A stretch of 62,342 nt of DNA from Desulfuromonadaceae bacterium (GCA_012512925.1 JAAZDE010000131.1:1-62342), one strand, 5' to 3'. Shown: positions 40,818-51,727, numbered from the stretch's first letter. Notes: generated by a model not told the origin, from the sequence alone. Numbers and translations are program-made.

Positions 40818-41615
40818 TTACCTCCGGATCCCCCGGCAGGCCACCATCGGTGTGTAGGTAAATCGGCGGGGATCACTGAAAAAATCCATGAATTCCGACG
40901 CAAACTCTTCAAAGCCCCGCTTGTAATCGGCAAACCGCCACCCCGAACGGCGGGCCGCAACCTCAAGTTTCCGCCACCAGTTGTAGCGATCCACCTCGCC
41001 CAACTCCCCGAAGATCAAATGGTGTGGGGTCATCTTTACGTCGATATCCGCCAGACCCAGATCAAAAAGAAAGGAAAAGAGCCTGCGCCCCATGTAGGGA
41101 TCGAAGTCGGCAGTGGCGCTCAGACAATCCATAATGCCCTGAATGTTTCTTTCCAGCCGCGCGGACAGACCGTAATGATTAAGACAATTGTGATCGAGAT
41201 CGATGAGACAGAGGACACCTCCGGGCTTCAGTAGTCGCGACAAATGACGCACGATGTCGGAACTGCCAGTCCGGTGGTATTCGAGGACAAAGCGGACCCA
41301 GATGAAATCGAACTCCCCGATTCCCTCCAACTCTTGGCGGAAATCCCGGCATTCGAAAGCAACCCCTTCCTGCCCAAAATATCGCTGGGCGTAATCAATC
41401 CTTTCCTGCGAAGCATCGATGCCCAGGACCGTTCCTTCCGGCTGCACCAGGTCGTAAAGGATGGCACTGGTGACGCCGGCGCCGCACCCCACATCGAGAA
41501 CTCTCATCCCGGCACCGATCCCCGCCCAGCGGGCCTGGCGCTCCACCACGGCGCGGTCGGTCTTGAGACACAGCCTTTCGGCTTCCTTCTCGTGCTCCAT
41601 CAGATAGGTCGACAT
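40818..41615 (-). CDS. Class I SAM-dependent methyltransferase
   Basis: Motif I VLDVGCGAG. Confidence 0.85.
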   Translation of the reverse strand: MSTYLMEHEKEAERLCLKTDRAVVERQARWAGIGAGMRVLDVGCGAGVTSAILYDLVQPEGTVLGIDASQERIDYAQRYFGQEGVAFECRDFRQELEGIGEFDFIWVRFVLEYHRTGSSDIVRHLSRLLKPGGVLCLIDLDHNCLNHYGLSARLERNIQGIMDCLSATADFDPYMGRRLFSFLFDLGLADIDVKMTPHHLIFGELGEVDRYNWWRKLEVAARRSGWRFADYKRGFEEFASEFMDFFSDPRRFTYTPMVACRGIRR

Positions 41616-41638
41616 TTTTCAGATCCTGAAAAGTGGTG

Positions 41639-42904
41639 TCAAAAGCGGTAGCCCAAACTGAGCGCCGCCAGATGCGCCTCCGTTTCGTAGCGTCCGTTGG
41701 CGGTGCCCCCGAGGAGGGCGTATTCGGCGCCGATCTGATTGTCTTTGCGGCGATTTTCCTGTTTCTGGTAGCCATAGCTCAAGGACAGGATCAGATTGCC
41801 GAAGGTCAGATCGGTGCCGAGGGTAAACAGATGGGTATCGGAGTCGGGAATGGAAGGATCGAAGGTGGAGTTGGGAACTGGATTTTCCCCGTAAAGGTAG
41901 CCCGCCAGCAAAGTCACACGGTCGTTCAACTGATATTTAACCCCGAGATTGCAGGCCCAGGTGTCGCGCCAGTCCCTGGGCACGACCTTGACCGACGCCG
42001 CACCGCCGGGGGGTCCGATGGGACGGTCGAGTTCGATTTTCATCTGGTCGTAGGAGGACCAGTCCTCCCAGCGGACCCCGGCCTCCACCGTCAGGGGATC
42101 GGTGATCTGCCAGGCGATGCCGGCAAAGGCCTGTTGAGGAAGGGTCTGGTCGGCCTTGCCGCCGGTCTTGGGAAAGTAGGTTCCCAGCGCCGGATGGGGG
42201 AGGCGGAAGGAGGCATCACCATCCACGGTCAGATCGATCTCGCTGCGATAGGAAAGACCGAGAGTGACCCGGTCGGTCACTTTGAAGGCCAGTCCCAGAT
42301 TGAACCCGAGACCGAAATCATCCCCCTTGAACTTCTGGTTGATATCGGCCAGGGGAAAGGCCGGTATCTTGTTTTCCAGTTCCGCGTCGACCCAGACGAA
42401 GTCGGCCCCCAGGGCCAGGGAAAGACGTGGCGAGACTCTGAAGGAAATTACCGGATTGACGGTGTAGGTGGTCATCTCGGCACGGGTGGAGATATAGCGA
42501 CCCTCCCAGCGGGGATCCCAGTCGGTGGCCAGGCCGAAGGGGGAAAAAACGCCAAGGCCGAGGGCTACCCGGTCGCTGAGTGTGTGGGAAAGATAGAAGG
42601 TGCTGGGGAAATAGAGGTCATCGTCCATGTCATGAACGCGGCCATCGGTGCTGCTTTTGAAAGAGCGGTTAAAGGTCAGCAGTGTGGTTCCGGCTTCGAT
42701 CCGGGTGCCGCTCAGGTCGTTGAGCAGGGCCGGATTGAAAAAGATGGTGGAGGGGCCTTCGGCATGGGCCACGACGGCGGCTGCCTGTCCCAGGGAAGAC
42801 GCTCCCTGGGTGAAAATGGCGAATCCCGCCCCCCAGGCCTGGGAAGCAAACCCTAAAATCAGCGGCAACAGAATAATCCGGACAGCCCCAAGCCTTCCCA
42901 TCAT
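41639..42904 (-). CDS. FadL/TodX/OMPP1-family outer-membrane transport protein
   Basis: The signal peptide is followed by GAGFAIFTQGASSLGQA...FFNPA. It has the beta-barrel alternation pattern and ends in ...LGYRF. Confidence 0.9.
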   Translation of the reverse strand: MMGRLGAVRIILLPLILGFASQAWGAGFAIFTQGASSLGQAAAVVAHAEGPSTIFFNPALLNDLSGTRIEAGTTLLTFNRSFKSSTDGRVHDMDDDLYFPSTFYLSHTLSDRVALGLGVFSPFGLATDWDPRWEGRYISTRAEMTTYTVNPVISFRVSPRLSLALGADFVWVDAELENKIPAFPLADINQKFKGDDFGLGFNLGLAFKVTDRVTLGLSYRSEIDLTVDGDASFRLPHPALGTYFPKTGGKADQTLPQQAFAGIAWQITDPLTVEAGVRWEDWSSYDQMKIELDRPIGPPGGAASVKVVPRDWRDTWACNLGVKYQLNDRVTLLAGYLYGENPVPNSTFDPSIPDSDTHLFTLGTDLTFGNLILSLSYGYQKQENRRKDNQIGAEYALLGGTANGRYETEAHLAALSLGYRF

Positions 42905-42985
42905 CCATCCCTCCTCTTTGGTTCGATAAAATAGCCGAAAGTTCAGTCTGAAAAAGCAAGTTTAAGGCCAAAAACTTTCCATCCC

Positions 42986-44185
42986 TCATTCCCGCGGCAA
43001 GAGTACCCAGAAATGGCATTTTTCCTTCATTCGCCCCGCCAGTCGTCCCGCCTCGTCCCCCATCCCCCAAAAAAAATCCCCCCGCACCGGACCTTTTATG
43101 GCAGACCCGGTGTCGTGGGCAAGCATCAGTTTTTTGAGGGGTTTGCCATGGCCCGGCGACCGTGTCGACACCATCACCGGCGCCCCCAGAGGAATGACGC
43201 TGCGATCAACCGCCAGGCTGACGCGAGGAGTGAGGGGGATGCCGAGGGAACCGGGAGGGGTCTGAAAAGCGGCGGGGAGTTCGGCGAAGAAAATGTAGCG
43301 AGGATTTTCACCGAGCAGTTTGAAAGTTTTGTCCGGATTGCGCCGCGCCCAGGCACGGATATTCTGCATCGACATCTGTTCGCGCTTCATCTCTCCCGAA
43401 TCGATGAGCAGCTTGCCGATGGAACGATAGGGGTGGCCATTCTGTTCGGCAAATCCGACCATGACCTTTTCGCCGTTCTCCAGCAAGATCCGGCCGCTCC
43501 CCTGAATGTGCAGGAAGAAGAGTTCCACCGGATCCTCCAACCAGAACAACTCCTGCCCCTGCAGGGGCTTTTGGGGACCGTCGATATCGGCCCGCTCCCA
43601 GTAAGGGATGACCTTTTTCCCCGCGACCCGGCCCCGCAAATGCTGATTCTTGAGATCGTCGCGGAATTCCCCCAGATCGATGGTCAGCAGATCAGCCGGG
43701 GGACGGTAGAGAGGGTAACGGAATGTCGAAGTGGCATGGCGCCGTCCAGCCAGGTCGGGAGCATAATAGCCGGTCATCAGACCTTCCGTTGAGCCGTCCT
43801 CGTTGCGAACCTGATGGGGCAGGAAATGAGTTTCAAAGAAACGCCGGGCCTCTTCCCGGCTTTCAGGTTCCCTCTCTGCGACTTTGGCGCACACCGCCCG
43901 CCACCGGGGTCGGCCCTTCAGCACCCGGCAACTGTCGCGAAAAACCTGGAAGGAAACCAGGAAGTCCTGGCTCGGCTCGTTCCATCCCTCCACCTCAGCC
44001 CAATCCACCGGCAGCAGCGGAGGGACCTTTTCTACCGTCGGCGGGATTTCCGGCGGAGGGGGAGGAACCTCCATACACGAGGGCAGGAGCAAGAAGATGA
44101 ACAGGATCATTAGCAGGGAAGAAAACGGTCCGGCACGCTCAGCGGCCCTCCCCTCCATTCTTCCTTCGGCCGGGTTTTTTTTCAT
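42986..44185 (-). CDS. mltA: Murein transglycosylase A (lipoprotein)
   Basis: ATG at 44183-44185 gives a signal peptide with the lipobox LLPSC. MltA and 3D domain motifs are present (LAVDRSVIPLG, HDTGSAIKG). Confidence 0.9.
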   Translation of the reverse strand: MKKNPAEGRMEGRAAERAGPFSSLLMILFIFLLLPSCMEVPPPPPEIPPTVEKVPPLLPVDWAEVEGWNEPSQDFLVSFQVFRDSCRVLKGRPRWRAVCAKVAEREPESREEARRFFETHFLPHQVRNEDGSTEGLMTGYYAPDLAGRRHATSTFRYPLYRPPADLLTIDLGEFRDDLKNQHLRGRVAGKKVIPYWERADIDGPQKPLQGQELFWLEDPVELFFLHIQGSGRILLENGEKVMVGFAEQNGHPYRSIGKLLIDSGEMKREQMSMQNIRAWARRNPDKTFKLLGENPRYIFFAELPAAFQTPPGSLGIPLTPRVSLAVDRSVIPLGAPVMVSTRSPGHGKPLKKLMLAHDTGSAIKGPVRGDFFWGMGDEAGRLAGRMKEKCHFWVLLPRE

Positions 44186-44229
44186 AAGCACTCAATTAAA
44201 ATTGGTTTTTTTAACAATCCCAAGCAATT

Positions 44230-46425
44230 TCAGAACATATCCAGGGGATCGACATCTACCATGATTTTCACCCCCGTGGGGGGGCGGGGAGCTCCTTCTT
44301 CGAGCAATCCCAGAAGGCGATGCAGCGGAGGTCTGGAAGCCGACTTGAGCAATATTTGAAAACGGCGTTTTCCCCTCAGCCGGCTCAACAGGCAGGGGGC
44401 GGGGCCGAGTACCTCCACTTCCTTGGCGGCGCTTTGCAGCCAGTCTGCAAAGCGGGAAACACTCTCCTCCACCGTGGCATCCTTTTCCCCGCTGACCACA
44501 ATGTTGACCAGGTGACCGAAGGGGGGATACCCCATGTCGCGCCGGAAATCGGACTCCTGGTCAAAAAAGCTTTCATAGTCGTGGCCGATGACACTGCCGA
44601 AAACATAATGGCTGGGATTACGGGTCTGGATCAGGACCCGCCCCGGCAGCACCCCCCGGCCAGCCCTTCCGGAAACCTGGGTGAGCAGGGAAAAAGCCCG
44701 CTCCGCGCTGCGGAAATCAGGAAGAAAGAGGGTGGCGTCGGCATCGATCACTCCGACCAGAGTGACGCGGGCGAAATCGTGCCCCTTGGCCACCATCTGC
44801 GTTCCCACCAGAATATCCACCTCTCCCGTTCTCATCCGCTTGACCATCTCGGGATAGGCATCCCTGCGGGTCATGCTGTCACTGTCCATGCGGGCCAGAC
44901 GGGCATCGGGGAAAAGGGCCGCCAGTTCCTCCTCGAGGCGTTCGGTTCCCGCACCGCAGGGCTTCAGGTTGCTGCCGCGGCATTGGGGACAGGTATCGGG
45001 CGGCTCGGCGACGGTATCGCAATAATGGCAGCGCAGCAGACTGCGGCGTCGGTAGTAGGTCAGAGAGATTTCGCACCGTGGACAGCGAATCACCGTGCCG
45101 CAATCGTGACAGAGAAGAAAAGGGGAGAATCCTCTGCGGTTGAGCAGCAGCAGGGATTGCTCCCCCCGCTTCAGATTATCGCCCAGGGCGGTGACCAGTT
45201 CCGGGCTCAGGGCGCCCTGCAGGGAACGCCGGGAAAGATCGACGAGAACCACCTCGGGCAAGGGGCGCGACAGAACGCGGCAACGAAGGGGAAGATAGCC
45301 TATCTTTACCTGGCGGGCGCGGTGAAAGGTGGACAGAGAGGGTGTGGCGCTGCCGAGAATCACCGTGGCTCCGTCGATCTGGGCCCGCCACAGGGCCAGA
45401 TCCCTGGCATTGTAACGGAACCCCTCACTCTGCTTGTAGCCGGATTCATGTTCTTCGTCGACAATAACCAGGCCGAGGCGGTCAAAAGGGGCGAAAACCG
45501 ACGAACGGGCGCCGATGACCAGATCGATCCGCTTCTCCATCACCCCCTTCCAGGCTTTGCGGCGTTCGCCGCCGGAGAGGCCGGAATGGAGCACCGCCAT
45601 CCCCTTCTCCTCCCCTCCCAGACGATTCCGGAATCGTTCCACCAGTTGCGGCGTCAAGGCGATTTCCGGGACCAGAATGAGGATTTTTTTGCCCAGGCGG
45701 CGGGCTTCCTCTGCGGCCCGCAGATAAACCTCGGTCTTACCGCTGCCGGTCACCCCGTGGAGCAAAAAAGGGGCGAAGGAATCATGAACCAGAGTCGGAC
45801 GAAGGATATTCAGAACCTCTTCCTGCTCCGGAGTCAACCTGGGCGGAATGCTTTCCTCCCTTCCCGCCCCCTGGCTCTCCGTCCACCCTTTCCGGCCGTC
45901 CTCCCTCGAGACCATCCCCATGGCCACCAGCCGTTTCAGCACCGGCGCGGCTCCGGCAAACTGTGACGTCAATTGGCGGCGGGGTGTGGCGCCGTGGCGA
46001 CGCAACCATTCCAGGATCTGGCGCTGTTTGCGGCCGGTGGGTTCGGCGGTGCCATCCTCGGCGAAATAAATCGGTTCGGGAGCGGGATCTTTGCTCAAAT
46101 GGGCAAAGATGCTGGGCGGCAGGGCGGTACTGATGACCTCGCCGATGGGATGATGGTAATAGTGGGCGACGCGTTCGAAAAACGCCGCCATGGGAAGGGG
46201 AAAAAGAGGCTCACCATCGACAATTTCCGTCACCGCTTTCAAACCGTCCCCCCTTCCGTCCTTCCCGGCCCTCAGCAAAAAACCAAAGACTGAACGTGAA
46301 CCGAAGGGTACGCGAAGCAACAGACCGGGTGAAGGGGGGCATTGCTCGCCGAAGGGCCAGAGATAGGAGAAGGTTTTCGTCAACGGTAAAAAAACCGCCA
46401 CCTGAACGATGACTGGAAGGGACAC
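44230..46425 (-). CDS. priA: Primosomal protein N-prime (replication restart helicase)
   Basis: Walker A GVTGSGKT, DEEH box and the Cys-rich zinc insert (CHDCG...CPRC...CHYC...CPQC) are present. The track ORF begins at a TTG at 46527 and would overlap aroF by 94 nt. A GTG at 46423-46425 gives VSLPVIVQVAVFLPL..TFSY, which parallels the E. coli PriA N-terminus. Confidence 0.9.
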   Translation of the reverse strand: MSLPVIVQVAVFLPLTKTFSYLWPFGEQCPPSPGLLLRVPFGSRSVFGFLLRAGKDGRGDGLKAVTEIVDGEPLFPLPMAAFFERVAHYYHHPIGEVISTALPPSIFAHLSKDPAPEPIYFAEDGTAEPTGRKQRQILEWLRRHGATPRRQLTSQFAGAAPVLKRLVAMGMVSREDGRKGWTESQGAGREESIPPRLTPEQEEVLNILRPTLVHDSFAPFLLHGVTGSGKTEVYLRAAEEARRLGKKILILVPEIALTPQLVERFRNRLGGEEKGMAVLHSGLSGGERRKAWKGVMEKRIDLVIGARSSVFAPFDRLGLVIVDEEHESGYKQSEGFRYNARDLALWRAQIDGATVILGSATPSLSTFHRARQVKIGYLPLRCRVLSRPLPEVVLVDLSRRSLQGALSPELVTALGDNLKRGEQSLLLLNRRGFSPFLLCHDCGTVIRCPRCEISLTYYRRRSLLRCHYCDTVAEPPDTCPQCRGSNLKPCGAGTERLEEELAALFPDARLARMDSDSMTRRDAYPEMVKRMRTGEVDILVGTQMVAKGHDFARVTLVGVIDADATLFLPDFRSAERAFSLLTQVSGRAGRGVLPGRVLIQTRNPSHYVFGSVIGHDYESFFDQESDFRRDMGYPPFGHLVNIVVSGEKDATVEESVSRFADWLQSAAKEVEVLGPAPCLLSRLRGKRRFQILLKSASRPPLHRLLGLLEEGAPRPPTGVKIMVDVDPLDMF

Positions 46426-46433
46426 GGGGGGCG

Positions 46434-47450
46434 CTATCCGGGAAAGCCGAGGTATTCGTACAACTGGGAGATCTCCCCCATGAGGGAAGAAAAACCTTCC
46501 GGAGTAAGACTCTGGGCACCATCGCAAAGGGCCGATTCCGGCGCCGGATGGACCTCGATGATGAGGCCGTGGGCACCCGCCACCAGCGCGGCCTTGCTCA
46601 TCACCGGCACCAGAGCGCGGCGGCCCGTGGCGTGGCTGGGATCAACCAGGATCGGCAGGTGGCTCAACTCCTGGATGATCGGGACCACGGAAAGATCGAG
46701 GGTGTTGCGGGTCGCCTGCTCGAAGGTGCGGATTCCCCTTTCGCAGAGCATCAGATCGGAATTCCCCTCGGCCAGGATATATTCGGCAGCGGCCAGAAAC
46801 TCCTCGATGGAGGCGCACATGCCCCGCTTCAGCATAACCGGATGGCGGAGTTTGCCGACCTCCTTGAGAAGATCGAAATTCTGCATATTGCGGGCGCCCA
46901 CCTGGAGGATGTCGGCATATTGACAGACCTGGTCGAGTTGCTCGATGCGCATTACCTCGGTGATCACCGGCATGCCCACCTCATCACCGGCGCGCCGCAG
47001 GATTTTCAACCCCTCCAGACCCATCCCCTGAAAGGTGTGGGGGCCGGTGCGGGGCTTGAAGGCGCCACCCCTCAAAATCTGGGCGCCGGCTTTTTTGACG
47101 GCATGGGCCGCCGCCAGAACCTGCCCTTCACTTTCGATGGCGCAGGGACCGGCCAGGATCACTGGTCTCTCGCCGCCGCCGATGGCAATTCCCTTGACCC
47201 GGACCACCGTGGTCCGGGGATGGAAATCCCTGGACACCAGTTTGTAGGGCTTGCTCACATGCAGTATCTCACGGATTCCGGGCAAACCGCGAATGGTGGC
47301 GTCGTCCACCCAGCCGCGGTTGCCGAGAACGCCAATGGCGGTCCTTTCACTGCCTGGTATCGGCTCCGCCCGCAGTCCCAAGGCCGAAACCGCCTTTTTT
47401 ACCTTCTCGATCTGTTCCGGATCGGCATTGTGCTCCATGACGATCAACAT
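46434..47450 (-). CDS. aroF: 3-deoxy-7-phosphoheptulonate synthase (type I-beta with an N-terminal regulatory domain)
   Basis: ATG at 47448-47450 (MLIVMEHNADPEQIEKVKK...). The catalytic core reads AGPCAIES...LRGGAFKPRT. Confidence 0.9.
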   Translation of the reverse strand: MLIVMEHNADPEQIEKVKKAVSALGLRAEPIPGSERTAIGVLGNRGWVDDATIRGLPGIREILHVSKPYKLVSRDFHPRTTVVRVKGIAIGGGERPVILAGPCAIESEGQVLAAAHAVKKAGAQILRGGAFKPRTGPHTFQGMGLEGLKILRRAGDEVGMPVITEVMRIEQLDQVCQYADILQVGARNMQNFDLLKEVGKLRHPVMLKRGMCASIEEFLAAAEYILAEGNSDLMLCERGIRTFEQATRNTLDLSVVPIIQELSHLPILVDPSHATGRRALVPVMSKAALVAGAHGLIIEVHPAPESALCDGAQSLTPEGFSSLMGEISQLYEYLGFPG

Positions 47451-47662
47451 TCCTGTCTCCCCCTGAAATTGTGGGATCGTCACCCCCGACAAAAGATGGT
47501 TTGGGGAGAATTCGACAATCCTCTGCTAGGTTAGCGGTGTGCCTGATGGAATTCAACTCTTTTCACCCCTTCCCTGGCAAGCGGAAAATAAAATTGAAAA
47601 AACAGCTCCTGGAAAAGTATGCTTGGAATCAAACCTCCTTCCCAATGGTTCCCGGAATCGAT

Positions 47663-47992
47663 ATGACGATGAAAAAAATATCTTTGGTGATTCTCCTGCT
47701 GGCGATGGGAACCCTCACCGCCGTCGCCTCGGGGAATCGTCACCCCGTGGCCCGAAAGCTCATTCAATCCCAGGGCTGCAAAGCCTGCCATAGCCTCGAA
47801 GGAGCCGGCGGCGATTTCGCCGCGCCCCTGGGCGGCGCCGCAAACCGATTGACTCCCCAGGAGTGCCGCGCTCTTCTGGAACAGGGGAAATACAGCCCAA
47901 CCGAGCCCTTCATGCCGGCCTACAATCATCTTTTGGAGAAGGAAATGGATCAGTTGATGGAATTCCTGCTCGGTTTACCGCCGAAACCCTGA
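47663..47992 (+). CDS. Monoheme c-type cytochrome (secreted)
   Basis: The internal ATG gives the signal peptide MTMKKISLVILLLAMGTLTAVA. One CxxCH motif is present (CKACH). Confidence 0.75.
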   Translation: MTMKKISLVILLLAMGTLTAVASGNRHPVARKLIQSQGCKACHSLEGAGGDFAAPLGGAANRLTPQECRALLEQGKYSPTEPFMPAYNHLLEKEMDQLMEFLLGLPPKP

Positions 47993-48067
47993 TTCGGACG
48001 GATGGCTCATCTTGAAAAACGGCTCAGCCCGTGCTAGCGTTTCTCGTTTTGACCCGGCGGAAATAAA

Positions 48068-48799
48068 ATGGACATTATCGTAAAAGCGGAAAAAAAACCG
48101 ATTCAGCGGGTGATACCCATCGAATCCCCCTCTTTTATCAGCGAGGAGAAATTGCAACAGGCCGGAAACCCGGCCCTTCTTTTTGCCGAGCCGCGCCCCC
48201 TGGCCATGGAAATCGGCTGCGGGACGGGAGACTTCATAATTCAGATGGCCCGCCAGCGTCCCGACCTCAATTTTCTGGCAATCGATATCTACAACAAGGG
48301 GTGTCTCAAAACCTGCCGCAAAATCGACGAACACCGTCTGGCCAATGTCCGGGTATTGAGAATGGAAGCCCGTTATCTGCTGACCCGTTTCCTTGAACCG
48401 GAAACACTGCAGGCCCTCTACATCAACTGCCCGGATCCCTGGCCGAAGAAACGTCATCAACAGCGGCGTCTGGTCAACCGGGATTTTCTTGATCTGGTCG
48501 GCCACTTCCTGGCGCCGCAAGGAGAATTCGTTTTCTGCACCGATTTTGCCGATTACGCCCGCCAGGTGGCGGAACTCTTTCCCTTGCCCGGTTTCGACAA
48601 CTGCCTTGGGGAAGCCAGCGCCTCTCATCTCGAAGGTTATCCCTTTTCCAAGTACATGCGGAAATTCCGCGAGTCGGGACTGCCCCTCCATTTCATCCAC
48701 CACCGCAAATCCACCCATTTCCATGGAAACAGAATCGCCGGGTCCGCATATCCGATGAACGTTGATCTGCGAACAACCGGCCACGGAGGCGCCCCATGA
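48068..48799 (+). CDS. trmB: tRNA (guanine46-N7)-methyltransferase
   Basis: EIGCGTGDF, NCPDPWPKKRH motifs. Confidence 0.9.
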   Translation: MDIIVKAEKKPIQRVIPIESPSFISEEKLQQAGNPALLFAEPRPLAMEIGCGTGDFIIQMARQRPDLNFLAIDIYNKGCLKTCRKIDEHRLANVRVLRMEARYLLTRFLEPETLQALYINCPDPWPKKRHQQRRLVNRDFLDLVGHFLAPQGEFVFCTDFADYARQVAELFPLPGFDNCLGEASASHLEGYPFSKYMRKFRESGLPLHFIHHRKSTHFHGNRIAGSAYPMNVDLRTTGHGGAP

Positions 48800-50064
48800 C
48801 CGGAAAACTAGTGACCGTGACCGGGCATATCGCCGGAACCGGTGGGACATTCAAGGTGCAGCCGGAGGATTTCCTGGTCGAAGAGGTCCCCTTCTATCTC
48901 CCCTGCGGCGAGGGAGAGCACCTCTACCTGCAGGTGGAAAAAAGAAACCTGACCACTCTCGACCTGGTGCATAGCCTGGCGCGCTCATGCGACATTCGCG
49001 AGCGGGAAATCGGTTACGCCGGCCTCAAGGATGCCCGCGGCGTCACCCGCCAGTGGCTCTCCCTGCCGGCCAGGTCGGCCGAGGGCAAACTCGACGGCGA
49101 GCAGGACCGCTTCCGCATCCTCGCCCGGTGCCGTCATCGCAACAAACTGCGTCTCGGCCACCTCCGCGGCAATCGTTTTCGCATCCGTATCCGGGGAGTG
49201 GAAACCGGAGCCATGGAAAGGGCGGAGAAGATCCTCCTTCGGCTTCGGGAACAGGGAGTGCCCAACACCTTCGGGGAGCAGCGCTTCGGTGCCCTCGGCA
49301 ACTCTCATCGGATCGGGCGTGCCATTTTACAGGAGAATTTCGAAGAAGCGATCCGGGAGATCCTCGGTGTTTCACAGCAAATCCGTGATCCCCGCTGGCA
49401 GGAAGGAGCGACGCGCTTCGCCGCCGGCGACCTGGAAGGGGCCCTTGCCGTTCTTCCCGGGAACTGCCGTCATGAGCGGAAAATTCTCCAGCTGCTGCTG
49501 CAGGGCCGCTCCTGCCGCCAGGCTCTGCTGGCGCTCCCCCAGCGATTGCTGCGGCTCTATCTTTCCGCCTTTCAATCCCTGCTTTTCGACCGTCTCGTCG
49601 GCCAAAGGCTTCCCGATCTGGGACTGCTGTGGGCTGGCGATCTGGCGATGAAACATGCCAACGGGGCCGTCTTTTCGGTCATCGACCCGGCACGGGAACA
49701 GCCCCGCGCCGACGCCTTCGAAATCAGTCCGTCAGCTCCTCTTTTCGGTTGCAAGGTGTTGCTCGCTGCCGATGCCGCCGGAAAGCTGGAAGAAAGGTTG
49801 CTGAAGGAGGAAAACCTGTGTCTGGAGTCCTTCGCCCTGCCTGGTCCCCTGCGCATGGAAGGCGCCCGCCGTGCGTTGCGGGTCCCCCTCGAGGAAGCGG
49901 CAGTCGTCATGGATGGCGAAGATCTTTGGCTCTCCTTCATGCTCCCCAGCGGCAGTTATGCCACCTGTGTCCTGAAAGAGGTCATGAAAAACGATCGGGG
50001 GATGGAGGGAGCGGATCAGGAAGAGCCGTCAACGAAGATAATGAACATTGACAGCATTTGTTGA
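48796..50064 (+). CDS. truD: tRNA pseudouridine(13) synthase
   Basis: ATGA overlap with trmB. GYAGLKDARGVTRQW contains the catalytic Asp motif. Confidence 0.9.
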   Translation: MTGKLVTVTGHIAGTGGTFKVQPEDFLVEEVPFYLPCGEGEHLYLQVEKRNLTTLDLVHSLARSCDIREREIGYAGLKDARGVTRQWLSLPARSAEGKLDGEQDRFRILARCRHRNKLRLGHLRGNRFRIRIRGVETGAMERAEKILLRLREQGVPNTFGEQRFGALGNSHRIGRAILQENFEEAIREILGVSQQIRDPRWQEGATRFAAGDLEGALAVLPGNCRHERKILQLLLQGRSCRQALLALPQRLLRLYLSAFQSLLFDRLVGQRLPDLGLLWAGDLAMKHANGAVFSVIDPAREQPRADAFEISPSAPLFGCKVLLAADAAGKLEERLLKEENLCLESFALPGPLRMEGARRALRVPLEEAAVVMDGEDLWLSFMLPSGSYATCVLKEVMKNDRGMEGADQEEPSTKIMNIDSIC

Positions 50065-50195
50065 CTTTGCTAAAAGTAAAAAGTTGTTTTATATTAATTG
50101 GCTGATTTTTTCTATTTTACAGTTTTCCGCGCCCAGGACAAATCCCTGATATCTGCTGAGAAAATTTTCCCGTGCCCAGAGAAGAAGGAAACGGC

Positions 50196-50981
50196 ATGTC
50201 CAAAAAAGAGAAGTCCGAATATATCATTCAGGCGGTTTCCCACGCTCTCGACCTGCTGGAACAATTTCAGGGGGATGAGGATGAACTTGGCGTAACGGAA
50301 CTCAGCAATCGGTTGAAACTTCACAAAAACAACGTATTCCGACTGCTGGCCACTCTGGAGTCGCGAGGCTATGTGGAGCAGAACAAAGCCACCGAAAACT
50401 ATCGGCTGGGGCTGAAATCGCTGGAACTCGGCCAAACCTTCATCAAACACATGGGGCTGCTGCACCAGGCCAAACCGATACTGCAGAAGATCGTCGATCT
50501 GTGCAACGAAACCTGCTACGTCTCCATGCTTAAAGAAGGACACATCGTTTATCTCGACATCGTCGAAACCAACTATACCGTCCGTGTCATGTCCCGTGTC
50601 GGCTTCCGCCTTCCCGCCTACTGCACCGCTGCCGGCAAAATCCACCTGGCTTTCCTCAAGGAAGAGGAGATCGACCGACTCTACGCCAAAACCAAGCTGG
50701 AAGCCTTCACACCGAATACCATTATCAATCTCCCCGACCTCAAGAAGGAATTGCGGAAGATCCGTGAAATTGGCTACGCCATCGACAACGAGGAACATGA
50801 CATCGGCGTCTGCTGCGTCGCCGCTCCGATCCGCGATTACACTCGACGCGTGGTCGGCGCCTTAAGTATTTCGGGTCCCTCCATGCGCTTTCCCGAGGAA
50901 CGGATCGTCGAAGAACTGGCCCCTCTCATCATCAAAGAGGGGGAAACCCTCTCCGTCAGGCTCGGCTATCCGGCAGAATGA
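50196..50981 (+). CDS. IclR family transcriptional regulator
   Basis: The N-terminal wHTH reads LDLLEQF...LGVTELSNRLKLHKNNVFRLL. An IclR effector domain follows. ATG at 50196 follows AAGGA. Confidence 0.9.
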   Translation: MSKKEKSEYIIQAVSHALDLLEQFQGDEDELGVTELSNRLKLHKNNVFRLLATLESRGYVEQNKATENYRLGLKSLELGQTFIKHMGLLHQAKPILQKIVDLCNETCYVSMLKEGHIVYLDIVETNYTVRVMSRVGFRLPAYCTAAGKIHLAFLKEEEIDRLYAKTKLEAFTPNTIINLPDLKKELRKIREIGYAIDNEEHDIGVCCVAAPIRDYTRRVVGALSISGPSMRFPEERIVEELAPLIIKEGETLSVRLGYPAE

Positions 50982-51600
50982 TTCTCCTGCTCCGCATAGC
51001 GTTTGGATCCATGCTTCGGAGATGGCGCAGCAAAGCATCCACTTTCTCCTCCAGTTCCTCCAGGGTACCGTCGGTTTCGATGACGATATCGCCCCGCGCC
51101 GCTTTTTCGTCCTGACTCATCTGCGAACCAATCATGGCTTTCGCCCGCCGCTCCGTCATCCCCGGCCGCCGCAGCAGGCGGCTCCATTGTTCCTTCTCGG
51201 GAGTCCTGACCACCAGTACCAGATCTACCCGTCCTTCCGCTTTCGCCTCGAAAAGGAGGGGTGATTCGTAGACGATGAGCGCCTCCCCACGAGACTCCAA
51301 CTCGGTGAGACGCCTCACCGCCAATTCGCCGATGGCAGCGTGAGTGACGGCATTGAGAAAAGTATGCTCCTCATTGTTTTCAAAAACGATATCGGCCAAG
51401 GCCCGGCGATCCAGACTGCCGTTTGCCTGAAGAATGCCTTCGCCGAAATGGGCGACCAGGTGTTTCAGGGTTTTGGAGCCGGGAGCCACCACCTCGCGGG
51501 CCAGATCATCGGCGCTGACCACCACCGCTCCCCGGGCGGCCAGCATCCGCGCCACGGTCGATTTTCCCGCCGCGATACCGCCGGTAATCCCTAAAATCAC
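50956..51600 (-). CDS. coaE: Dephospho-CoA kinase
   Basis: GTG at 51598-51600 follows GGAGAAAAGGA and gives VILGITGGIAAGKST (P-loop). The 3' end overlaps the IclR gene by 26 nt in convergent orientation. Confidence 0.85.
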   Translation of the reverse strand: MILGITGGIAAGKSTVARMLAARGAVVVSADDLAREVVAPGSKTLKHLVAHFGEGILQANGSLDRRALADIVFENNEEHTFLNAVTHAAIGELAVRRLTELESRGEALIVYESPLLFEAKAEGRVDLVLVVRTPEKEQWSRLLRRPGMTERRAKAMIGSQMSQDEKAARGDIVIETDGTLEELEEKVDALLRHLRSMDPNAMRSRRIILPDSRA

Positions 51601-51727
51601 TCCTTTTCTCCTTTCGGTGGAAGGACTTCCATTTTTCCTTGATTCAGAATAACATGAAAACCGCCTTATGGCACTTCGCCCAGCCGCAACGCCGGCCATA
51701 AATAACAATCCGATCTATGGGAGCCGC